Shown here piece after piece: positions 28,671 to 40,336 of a DNA stretch of 64,000 bases. The notes below the pieces were generated by a model. It saw only the letters and a list, made by a program, of their open reading frames with translations. It did no database searches and was not told the DNA's origin. Both the position numbers and the translations under genes were made by a program. Source of the DNA: Mytilus trossulus (Eukaryota); the NCBI RefSeq assembly GCF_036588685.1, contig NC_086374.1, forward strand, positions 20,398,001 through 20,462,000, given 5' to 3'. The first letter of the stretch is position 1; each line of letters starts with the position of its first letter.

Positions 28671-28854
28671 CTGTAATAGAACAAAAATAAAAATTTCTAC
28701 ATATTCTTTTAGGATTTTTTTCTACAAGATATCAAAAGTTTACTATATAGCAAAATCAACTAATTTAAATATTTAAAAAAAAACACGTTATTTCAAATGA
28801 AATGATCCGTTTAGGGGATCAATACAGCATAATCATTTATCTTCTAATACTAAC

Positions 28855-28893
28855 CAGCAGTAGGAACTGTCGTTACACCTTGTGTAGTGGATT
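28855..28893 (-). CDS. Mucin-like gene micro-exon (ESTTQGVTTVPTA)
   Basis: attgtag|AA acceptor and GCTG|gttagt donor; 39 nt, phase 1-1. Confidence 0.8.
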
Positions 28894-29645
28894 CTACAAT
28901 ATAAAAAAAAATTGAAAACAGCGAAAATACGTTTACGAGTGTTGATTTATAAATATTTTTGTAAAAAAAGGATCTTGTATTCGAATTCAAACTAAATTAG
29001 TCATAAGAAGATGCAGCCATGCTATTGTAAATTATATACATTAGCATACACGGACGTAAATTTAAACAAGTTATATTGACAAGTGTGCTTTATAAGTGTA
29101 AAATATATTATATGAGGCTTATAAGCGTTACTGGTGGGTCTTATAATCCTGGTTCCTTTAATAACTAAAATACATATCAGTGCAACATACATTGACAAAT
29201 GATTTATTTAAAGTATACAGATATGTGATCTAGTACGTATCAGTTCCACATACACTTATAAATGTAACTCTTATGTTTAACATTTTATATAAGTTCTCAA
29301 GTTACAAAAATATGAAGGTATTTCAAAAGATATTTGGTTTTACATACAATGTCAATGTAACGAACCTTGTATGGTTTTTTTCTTAATCGAATGAAATACG
29401 GCAATATGCATTTGCGGATATATACATTTCGAATAATATACTTTAACAGATAATTTTCATGAAAGTAATGATACATTTTCTGCTTAAACTAACATTCTAA
29501 GGGTGAAAATATTACTTTCAAGTGTAGAATGCACAACACAATTAGCGTTATACATTTTAATCTTAAAGTTCAAAGTGAACTTTAAAAGAAAAACAAGATA
29601 CCCAACCAAATAATTCCAATATTATTAGACCAACATTTCTCTTAC

Positions 29646-29787
29646 CCATAAGACACCCAATTAAATCAAATCGGAGTTTAATAGGCTGAGATTGGGCTAC
29701 TGGAATGATCTGAATTGCCTTAACTGGTTCCAATGATGGTAGGTCTACAGTCACGACACTATCTCCATCTGTATTACCTACAAACTC
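29646..29787 (-). CDS. Mucin-like gene exon, C-terminal half of F5/8 type C (discoidin) domain (EFVGNTDGDSVVTVDL...IKLRFDLIGCLM)
   Basis: tttttag|GAG acceptor and ATGG|gtaag donor; 142 nt, phase 0 to 1; F-x-G-N-x-D and L-R-x-[DE]-L-x-G-C discoidin motifs. Confidence 0.9.
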
Positions 29788-30959
29788 CTAAAAATTACGA
29801 AAATAATATTAATATACTATAGCAATTGGTTAAATAATTTTTAAACATACTTGTGGAAATCATGAGAAAAGTGAATTAAAAAAACAAATAAACAAGTTTA
29901 CAGGTGCCACTAGAGATAAAGAGTCTGTGTCGCTCATCTAGGTTATGGGCATTTTCAACAATCAACATTCTCCAACATTGTAGGGTAGAACAAAATTCAT
30001 GACAAACTTTTTTTTTTTTGTATAATTGATGATAATTTTTCTGTTTACAGTTTCTTGCATTCACCTTTAGTTATTGTCAAAACCACAAAAAGATAACAAA
30101 GTTATCATTAAATTGCTCTTTTCAAGCGTCTACTAGCGATATCGGAAATCTATGAAGTATTGTAGATTTAGTTTTAGCTGATTAATTTGTTATTCAAAGT
30201 GCCTATCTATCTTTCATAGTTTCAACATGTTCAGGATAATAAACAAAACCCATGCATATGGTGGTTGACATGTTTGGTCCTTGGACACATTTCATAAAAT
30301 GGATACCATATGCTAATGGTGATTATGGCCATGTTTGATAATATTTGGCCCAGAAGTTTCAGAAGAGAAATTCTTTGTAAAATTAAAGAGAGAAGTGATG
30401 AGAAGAGATCACTTGGACCCTTTGAATATGTTAGCTACAAAAAGAGATTCCTATTCGTGCATGTAACAATATTTCAAACTATACATTACGTCAAAAACAG
30501 GAAAGTATGGATTAATACTAATATACTGAGAAAGAACTGCTTTGGTCAATTTCATACTTTCAACATATAAGATAATGTGATATGTTATTCATTGCTCTAG
30601 AAATAGCGTTAATACATGATGTATGAGTAATTATTCTTGTTACTTCGTTCATTTATAAAATGCTTGCATCAAATTATTTTACTTACGCACAGGTCATTAG
30701 ACCTAAATAAAGATATATAGTTTTCAAATTTGTGACATCGGTTTTGATTTTTTTTAATAAACGTTGGCTGCTTTGGTTTTACTTGCCTATTTAAACCAAA
30801 TTATTGTAATATGAAATTGGATCCCAGTATTTATCACGCTTTTCAATAACATATTATCAAAGACCCATCCTAAGTTTTTAACTATCCTTCTGCGTTGACC
30901 AAAAATATATTAGTGTAACTAAGATACAACTACTCGGATAACGCCGTCAATATCCTTAC

Positions 30960-31255
30960 CATAGGATTTCCATTAATATCATTTATATCTTCCCACTGTC
31001 CGTCCACATTTTTCACCTTCACAGTAAACTTCTCCAAGAAAGTATCGTTAATTCCTCCGCCTTGTATTAAAATAGCATTGACGATTGCAGTAGTTGGAAA
31101 GGAAACGGTGACATTTGGGCTTTTATCATTCAATACATCAGGTGTCCATGCAGTTCCGTTGATTTGGGAATCTACTTGTGGGTTGATTTCGCTACTGTAA
31201 TCTACATATTGATCAGGAATAGCTCCAACATTTCTCATTTCGTCTTCACAAAACT
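30960..31255 (-). CDS. Mucin-like gene exon, N-terminal half of F5/8 type C domain (EFCEDEMRNVGAIPDQYVDYSS...AWTP...IQGG...DGQW...NPM)
   Basis: tttag|AG acceptor and ATG|gtaagg donor; 296 nt, phase 1 to 0; C..M..G.I.D, AW.P, QG and DG..W motifs of F5/8C. Confidence 0.9.
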
Positions 31256-31692
31256 CTAAAAAGAAAAATGAAATGCGTAACGAGGGATGATCTAAATATT
31301 GTTTAATTGTTTTGTTTGATTTATTTTAAGTTATATAATTAGGGAAAGAAGATAAGGTACTGCGTAACACAAAACTGTACTTTCCAAGAATGTATACATT
31401 TTCATCCATTCTTGCAAAAGTTTACATGTAGTCTTTTATTTTCTATATAATGTTTGCTTTTTGTTGTTTGCCATAGTATTTTTTTTTATATTTCCTGCAT
31501 TTTTTTTATTTTGTCCCCTTGATAACTTCTCTGTTTATAAGAATTTTTCAGCATAAAGAACGTTATGGATACAAAATTAATGTAGAATACCGATTTAAAT
31601 AAGTTAAAACATATGAACATTGACTTTTTTATGGTAGGGAATGTCACCAATGATTCCTGAATTAATATTCATTGTATATCTGGAATACATAC

Positions 31693-31716
31693 CTACTGTA
31701 GTTACTTGCTGTGTAC
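31693..31716 (-). CDS. Mucin-like gene 24-nt micro-exon (xTQQVTTV)
   Basis: ctttacag|GT acceptor and GTAG|gtatgt donor; phase 1-1; Thr-rich. Confidence 0.7.
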
Positions 31717-32139
31717 CTGTAAAGTCAAGGGGAAGAGTAGAGTTTATAGTATTACAAATAGGCAATATATATATAAATATATAATGATAAGATATTCAGG
31801 TGTTGCCTGAACTCATGTTTTGTATTCCAGCGAATTTTCAATGATTTTTTTATTCTAATTTTTGCTATTAATTAGTTTGAAGAATGTATCATGAACCCCC
31901 TCCCATTAAATAAAATGAATGGCCGAAGAAAAAACATGAATGGAAGCCTTAAAATAAGATATGAGAATCCGGAATAATAAAATGAAATTTGCATGTTTAT
32001 TTTATTGATGAGTGTGAGGCTCTGGTAAACAACAATTTTCATTATTATCCGTTTTCTCATTGGTATATTTCGATATATTAATCTACATAAAGTTAATACT
32101 AATAAAAGTCAATATTGTGAACAGTAATTAATGATATTC

Positions 32140-32680
32140 ATACTTACAGTATCCAATGAAGCAGTGGACAAAATGTAATGAGTTAGTAGTGATAATACTC
32201 ACCAGGTTACCAGGCAGCATGAAACAAAATGTTAACAAAAACTATATCAAACATTCTATATCATTCACCAATGTTGATACTTACTTGTTGTAATACTTAC
32301 TTTTTGTTGTCTTAGTGGAAGCGATATGTAGCATTTTTCATCAGCTTGACAGTGATGACTGTAGTCGGAACCATTTCGGCCCTGAAATACACAACCCAAT
32401 ACACAGACTCAAATCATACTATACTATACTTACCATACATTTTACTTACCTAGACGAATCTTCAATTACATCTTCTTTGTTTCATCTACAATTATTTTGT
32501 CAATGAGCTTCATTCCCTGTAATGCATTATAAATAAGAATGAATAATATGTATACGGGAAATATACAAATAACAACTCGTTATACAACAATTTAAATTCT
32601 GTCAAAATGAACTTACCCAAAGCAATCATTTGCCTCTATCATTTCATAGAGTTTTGTTATACATACCAAATTCTAAAATC
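32140..32680 (-). other. Cluster of candidate small upstream exons or 5' UTR exons of the mucin-like gene
   Basis: About six consensus minus-strand donors (gtaagt/gtgagt at ~32147, 32202, 32284, 32300, 32449, 32616) and acceptors at ~32382 and 32517. I could not resolve one unambiguous frame. Confidence 0.35.
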
Positions 32681-35365
32681 CGAAGCAAAAGATGATATTG
32701 CTGACAAAAGTCAACAAGTAATGACACTTCTTCGCCATAACTTTACATCCGACAACGCCCTCTAACGTTTTATGACATCCTTTATCTGTTTGTTAAGACT
32801 GCTCAAATACATGTCACCTCCATTGTAGGTACATGTACTTGTTGTATGATATTGATGGTAAGTTTGTCTGCATGGTACTTTATTCACAACCCTTTACTGT
32901 CGCTGGAAAAAATGGAAATCTCGCTATACTTTTATTATTCTAAACTGTACTCAAACTTCTGTCTTATCTGTCATATCCTACTTGTTATTCTGATATCTGA
33001 TTGCGTTATTTCTTCTCACGTTTGTACGGGAATTCATTTTTTAACTTCTATGTTTGTCCGTTTAAAGGTTTTTTTCACTGCATAATTATATATCAGAAAA
33101 TTAAGTCCAGTTTTTTTTTGGGTTTTTTTTGTCAATTTATTTCATCAGTGTGCTTAATTTTGATTTCTTACTAAAAGTGGGACTGAACTATTTATTTTGT
33201 TTGTGGTGACGATAACTGAAATTCTGATTATTATGTATTATTTCAAATAACCTGAAAATACAATAAAATACGTATTGTCTTTGAGTGTTCTACTCTTTTT
33301 ATTGTAAAAAATACTGTTATCAATTAAACGTAACAAGTTGGAGTAAACTTTTGTGTGTACAATATATTTTTTTTATAAATTCATTTTTTTTTTCTTAATA
33401 TACACAAAATATAAGAAATAAAGGGTGGAAAAAGTAAAAATATATCTTGAGCTGGAGTTTGAAGCGATACAACAAATTATATAATAATGGAATCGCAAAC
33501 GGAAAAATGCGGAAAAAAATAAAATTAAGTACTGATATATAGAAAAGTGAGTTTTGTTGAAGGTATGACTCTTTTATGTACTGTTTCGCGTCTTATTTGA
33601 AGAATTTCAAATTAAAAAACTAAATTCTATTGCAATAATAATATGAAGTTATAAAACATATTTGTGAATAACATAGGGATACAATTCAAGTGTTACAACT
33701 CTTTTATGTGGAAACCCGTAAATCGGAGAAACGATGACGTGACAGAAACGTGGAGATAAACAATAAAAGCGGTCATACGACTTCTTATGGGGATTATTGT
33801 CAGCAATTAACTTATTTCATTCCACGTTGTAATTTTGTCCTTACATCTTGAAAACTATAGATAGAGATTTGTAACAATAAATATCAACAAGATAAGATCT
33901 TAAAAAAATTAAGGCAACATAGCCGATATATCGTCAGTCGGCTCCTTATTGAAGTTATTACTTGCCGTTAAATGATGCTTTTGACGTGTTTGCATTTTTT
34001 TTTACTAGATGAATAGTAATGTAAATAACAAAAATTAACCAGACAGTCAGTCGTGTCAAAGTGACACATCCGGGTATTCTAGCGACCTCTTGGCGGGATA
34101 CCAAACTCATTACAATACACAAACAACACGGTTTAGTGTTCAGTGGACCAGTTAATATACTACATGTACATACTGTGTACAACTTTGTGAACCGAGTCCG
34201 ATATCTTAGAAATAACAAGGAGTTGTTATAATAATTTGAATACACAATTCCTTGGTACTAGCGAAGATATGAAATCATACATATATAATATCAAGTTAAA
34301 CCCATAACGTTTTAAATGTATAGGTAAACTGATAAAAATATGGCAGGAAAAAAACTCAAAGATTTGTTTTAAAATGTTGAGGAAAATAAATGTTACAAAG
34401 GACAAGGTACGATAAGGCCTGGGTTTTTTTACCCCCTATTTTCTTATTTTTTATATTCTGTTTTGGAAAGCTACTTATTATGCTAAAATATTTCCTTATG
34501 TTTGAAGTTTGAATGGATTTGGGAACAGTATATCTATAACAACGTGACCAAGGATTTTTTTTCAATTTCAATGTCATGAGAAGGTTTTTGCTGTCTAAAT
34601 CGCCATAATTTCTCCCGGTCATGTAGGCGCACGCTATCAAATTTTAAGAAACAAAGGCCAAAAAGCGTAATGTTTCCTTCTTAAGCATTTGTTTTGCCCT
34701 TAAAGGCTTTTAACCCCCTAATCTCACCCATGTATTGAAGTTCATCCAAAAAAACTTCAAATCTAAGGGATTATTATATCGTGATAAGTAACTTTCCCCC
34801 AAAAAATTTGAAAAATGAGAAAAAAGGGGGGCAAAATACGGGACTTATCGTAAATTGTCCTCATATAAGAAAATTTCAAAGTATGTAAAAATACTAAAAG
34901 GAAGCTAAGTGCTTTCCTCTTGTGTAAAAGTTATCTGAATTTTCCAAAAGAAGTCGCAGGAAAAAATATGAAAATTTTAAATGCAGAGGGGAAAAGTCAC
35001 AAATCCGATCGGAAATAATATACATTTTTCTTGTTCAAATGTACAACAATAGTTTTTATCTGTTAAAGTTATATGGAACTTTCAACTGTTAATAAACAGT
35101 ACGTCTAAACACTCAGTCTGCAAATGATCTATTAGCGCACTTATAATATGCCACTAAAGACTATAAGGGGTATTGTCACATGTGCATTGTTAGTATATTA
35201 TGGTAGACATAGATATGTAATGCATAATTTATAACAATATTATAATAGTCCCAGGTCGTACGTTTCAAATATTTTATCCACTAGTGGTTTCCTGTTCTAG
35301 CTGTTGTTTATGGCAGTCTCAAAATTTGAGCCCCCACTTACGCATTGACAGATCACTGGGGGACT

Positions 35366-35398
<33 letters not shown>

Positions 35399-36321
35399 CA
35401 AACAATTTTCTTTACCTCAAAGAAACAAATACTTTTCATGTTCTATCATTAAATTACCGAAGTATACTTTAGATTTAACCAATTGATTTTGAATTAAAAA
35501 AAAATAGATTTAAAAACAACAATAAATCCCCGAGTGTTTTAATGTTAAACGCATCCAATGTCTGTTTTTTTTCTTTCTTTTCTTATGCAGATTTTTTCTT
35601 CTTCATTTAAAAAAAATAATTCTAGTGTAATCAAGGAATTTAGGACAAGGTAGTCACGGGGAAAAGGTCACTATACAGTTTGGAGATTATTATTTTACTT
35701 TGAACAAGAAAACACTCATCATTTTTTTTTAATTTATTTATTTATCATGTTTATCATATGTTAAGCATCGTTGTAATTTTGTTCATTCTATAAATATCAA
35801 TAATAATCGAATTAGTGTTATGAAAAAAAATGTCAATGTGGTTTGGTACTGAATGGCTTCGTGGTGCAATTGGCTTTTGCATGATTTAAATGAATACATT
35901 TTCATTTGTCCAGGCTTATATTAATTTCCTTAACCTAAAAACATGAATGTATGCACTAAAAAGAAAATGTTTTAAGACCTTTCTCTATACGAACAATTAT
36001 CAACTCATCACTCACAAATTTGTAACTTTATGTTCTAAGACTCTTTGTGCTGTAACTTTCTATCCGTTTACCTAATCAGTTATGTAATTTGACACATGAC
36101 TAACGGTTTAAATTGGTTTTCTATTTGATACTTACAAATTTATATGAAACGGACATAAAAAGTAACCCTCCAAAAGGTATGTTGGACGATGTCATATTGT
36201 TATAAAATATTTTAGGATGGTCCTAGGACGTAGTAAGGACTGTCCTAATATAGCTTTGTTTTACATCCTAAGACATGTCTAAGACACGTCCTAAGACCAC
36301 CCTAAATAATGTCCCAAGTAG

Positions 36322-36900
36322 ATATATAGAAAGATGTGGTGTGAGTGCCAATGAGACAACTCTCCATCCAAATAACATTTATAAAAGTAAACAATTATAG
36401 GTCAATGTACGGACTTCAACACGGAGTCTTGGCTCACACCAAACAAAAAGCTATAAAGGGCACCACAAATTACTAGTGTAAAACCATTCAAACGAGAAAA
36501 CCAGCGGTCTTATCTATATAAAAAACGAGAAACACGTATGAATTACATAAACAAACGACAACTGCTGTACATCAGATTCCTGATTTGGGACAGGTGCAAT
36601 ATTTGCAGCGGGATTATATGTTTTAACGGTACCAAAATGTCTCCCTTTTTCTGAAACAATAGCATAACATCACAACATAGAAAACCACACGATAAAATAT
36701 CAATTTGGAGGCTAACTCAATAAAAAAAAAGTAAATTAACACACTATAAACGAATAAATTTGATCTGCGATACCTGAATGCAAATGCACAGCTAATAAAC
36801 TATTAGGGATAAACATTGAAGGCCAAAAAGCAAACAAACAAATCCAAACAAATCCATGGAAAGACACCATAGCGAAATTTTTAACCCTTCGAAAATAATC
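36322..36900 (+). repeat. Dispersed repeat family copy (agatgtggtgtgagtgccaatgagacaactctccatcc...)
   Basis: The same motifs recur at ~11270, ~37570 and, inverted, at ~50800, ~53940-54230 and ~55660-55945. Confidence 0.6.
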
Positions 36901-36961
36901 ACTTTATCATTTGTTTCGCATGAACTTCGTATAATCGTCTTATTTTTCAATCGGTCAGTGT

Positions 36962-39867
36962 CACGGTGGGTATGGTTGTCCTGCGAAAGAACGTTCTTTG
37001 CTGGTGATGTGGTCCTGTCAGGTGCTGGTGGGTCCTGATTCTGTGCTGGTGGGTTTGTTTACATTGTATCAGAACGGCAATAAAACGACTGTTTTGTTGT
37101 TTATTTTTTCTCTGATGCATCATAAGTACCATGTAAAGTATATTACTACAATATTATATTGCAAAAGTCGTGCAAGTTCGTTAAACGGAATTGTCCTGAC
37201 GCTGTGCTGGTGATAAGAAAAACGGTCCTGGTTCTGTGCTCCTATGTCCTGGTTCTGTGCCTATATATTTTAGTTAAAAGTGGCATATATTCAAGATCAT
37301 TGATGCTGTACTGTTATTGACTAATTAACTGTTGTCTGCTTTCTTGAAATTGACATTGTTGTGAATCTATTTACTGTTATTATGAGAGAAAAATGCCCCT
37401 ATTTTTATTTTATTTTTTAAATTAACTGTATCTTAATTATTGACCTGTTAATGGATCCCTTCTTGCCCCCTTTTAAGATGAGAAAATATGTTTACGATTT
37501 TCGGGCTTACGATAATTTTGCAAGATCACCAAAAATATGTTGTAATTTATACAATACTTATATAAAGTAGATGATGTGGTATGTTTGTTGTCAATGGACA
37601 AATTCCATAAGAAACCAAAGGAAGAATGTGTTAGCAACCATACGTCATCATACGACCTTCAACAATAACCCATAAAATAAAAATGTAAAAGGTTTTGCAT
37701 AAAAATGGAGAGCAAAAATATAGAACAAAGGACTTTCTGAGCGTTTGAATCATATGTCTTTAGCAGCTTAAAACATATTTGTGTGTGAACAATTTAGTGC
37801 TGACTATAAGAATGACAATAGTATTGCGGGTTTGTTTGGGGTTTATTGGGGGGGGGGGGGGGGGGGGGATAAGTTAGAGCGTGGTTGCAGGAAAGTTTTA
37901 AGCTTGGAAAAGTTTCTCGTAAGATTTAGAAGTTGTATTTTAAAAGAAAAATGTATCTTGTAGCTATTAAGAATCACTTGCTGTATCTGTCCGTGTTTTA
38001 ACATAATTTTTTTGTTGTCTGAACGGTTATCAGGTATCTCTTTTCGAAAGTTCGATAGAACACTAAAAAAAATCACTATTTTATGAAAGGGCAGACTAGA
38101 ATATGTCAGAGAATTAAGACGAGATAACCATTGTACAAAAAAGTAGATGGAAATGTGAAAGTTTTCGTGCGTCAGGTGCAACAGCATACGAACAGCTAAC
38201 ATGCCTCGTCAGGGTGGAAGCTAAAAATTCCACGAAAATTTGATTTAAAACCTTTATTTGTTCCAACAAAGTTATTGAGATTTTGTTGAGGATTTAACAA
38301 GCTACGACAAGAAGATTTTTTTTTTAGAATTTTCAGCTCTTCTATAAATATATGCAAAGCAAACCATTGATTAAATTGCTTGCTATGATAGTTTGGATGT
38401 TTGTAAACGACAGGTTAGTAGTCTGTTTACTATATACTAGAATTTGTTTGGACAATAAACATTAACTTCAATTCCTGTCAGTTTGTATTTGTCCAATCAA
38501 ATCCAAGTATGTATTGAAACTCCGCCTACCTATTGTTTGAAAACATCCAAGCCAACATAGCAAGCAAGTTAATCAAAGTTTTTTTTGTATGCTTTTATAG
38601 TAGAGCTGAACTAAATAATGCAAAGAAGCGTTTAAGTCTTTCGCCAAAAATTACTATCAATTTCTTTTTGTCCTATGTAAACTTCCGTACCATTTCCTTC
38701 CATTCAAGATCATTATAAAATTGAACTGTAAAATATCACTTGATACCTTCTTAATTCCTTTATAAGTTTTATGTAAACATAATTATGACAATAACTGTTG
38801 TGAGCACAAGATTCACTACACACTTTTAAAGTTCTGCTTCATCAAACATTAAAATGTGAACTTAAGTTTTGAGACTTTTTTAATCGACACGATTGGAATT
38901 TTGTATATATGTGAAAACATGGTTTATCTATTAGTTGAAAATGCGGCTTTGAACTAGCTGTCAGTACCTGCGAGCATTTGTTGTTCAATAATGTGTGTCT
39001 TTGTGTTATTATTTTATGTGATAAATTGGTGTGTTGGTACACCACTGTAACAATGAAGGAGGAAATGAGGAGGGTTGGTTGGGCGGAAGTGGGGAGGGCT
39101 ATGCGGAGCGCTAACAAACATGTCTATGCGGCATGGGCTTTGATCATTGTTGAAGCATCAATGTAAGGGGCATTTAATATCTTGATAAAACTATTCTTAT
39201 TTTAGATACTATATATTGTTATCTGATATTGGACGAAAGATGTTGTCCTTTTATGTAATTATGTAATACAAGTTACGATCATTTGAAACACATATCAAAC
39301 AGCCAAATGGATGCACAAGAGCTAAAATAGGAGTCATAGATCCTATTGACAACAATTATCTGCCCAATTTTATTGATTTTGTAACATTTGTTTCAAATAT
39401 GACCAACTTCTTATCCAAAATCACCAGCACCGTATCAGGACACACCAGCACAATGACAGGACCCACCAGCCCAGTATCAGGACATGAATAAATTGAGAAA
39501 ATGCTAAATTTTAATAAATTGCAATGTTTTTTCACAAAAAAGTTTTGTCGTGTGGATTGCGGTATAGAAAGCGAACTCTATGAGCATTTTTGTTTTATTT
39601 TTTCAGTTCTAGATTTTCTGAAAATGAGCATTTTTGTGTTACGCTTACTGAAACAGATGATAGGGTCAACTTTTTAATGGTTTACATATGAACCAATAAG
39701 AAACAAAATTGAAAAATCTCAACTGTTTTCTTTCATTTTTTATGAGTGAAAACGTCAAAAATCATCATTTTCGTCTTTGATTACATTTTTTCATTGATCA
39801 CCAGCACCCGTCAGGACCGAATCACCAGCACAGAACGTTCTCTTGCAGGACAACCATACCCACCGTG
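36962..39867. mobile_element. Non-autonomous TIR DNA transposon, CAC...GTG termini, 5-bp TSD AGTGT (Transib-like)
   Basis: TIR CACGGTGGGTATGGTTGTCCTGC at both ends, imperfect to ~70 bp; AGTGT at 36957-36961 and 39868-39872; subterminal GTCCTG...GTGCTGGTG repeats; no transposase ORF. Confidence 0.85.
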
Positions 39868-40336
39868 AGTGTTGTTTTGAAAATATGGCAGGTAATTAAA
39901 GTTCGTGTTTTGAAGCCGAAGTTTAACGATTGTCACCTGTTTGTCAACAAAAAGCATGGATATGAGCACGTGTTTAACATGTACTTAAGAATTGAATGCT
40001 CCTTTTTGTAAATTCATTGGGGTGTAAAAGCACTGACCGAAGTGCATTTTGTATGAAGCGCGGTAGCGCTTCATTCTAAAAATGTGCGCACGGTCAACGT
40101 TTTTACAACCCTATGAAGTTATAAAAAGAAGCATTCAATACTTATAATACATTTTTTAGCTATGATCATGAAAACAAGAATTTCATATTTTTTTGATTTT
40201 ATTCACCTGTGCACTTTATTGTGGGACCACGTGTTAATCATGAATGAAAAGTTTTATTGAGTGATGCAATTGCTTACGGAATAACACGTGATGTGCAGTT
40301 AGCCAATCAGAATAAAGTGTTATAATGAAACATACA

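Noticed and set aside
17894-28690. Series of + strand ORFs ending GGDVPPAAPF, resembling a tandem gene array
   Set aside because: Each TGA is simply the complement of T-CA in ACT CAA (Thr-Gln) of the minus-strand spacer; the minus frame is continuous.
35377-37868. Two ~22-nt poly-G tracts as regulatory G-quadruplexes
   Set aside because: Simple homopolymers with no supporting context.
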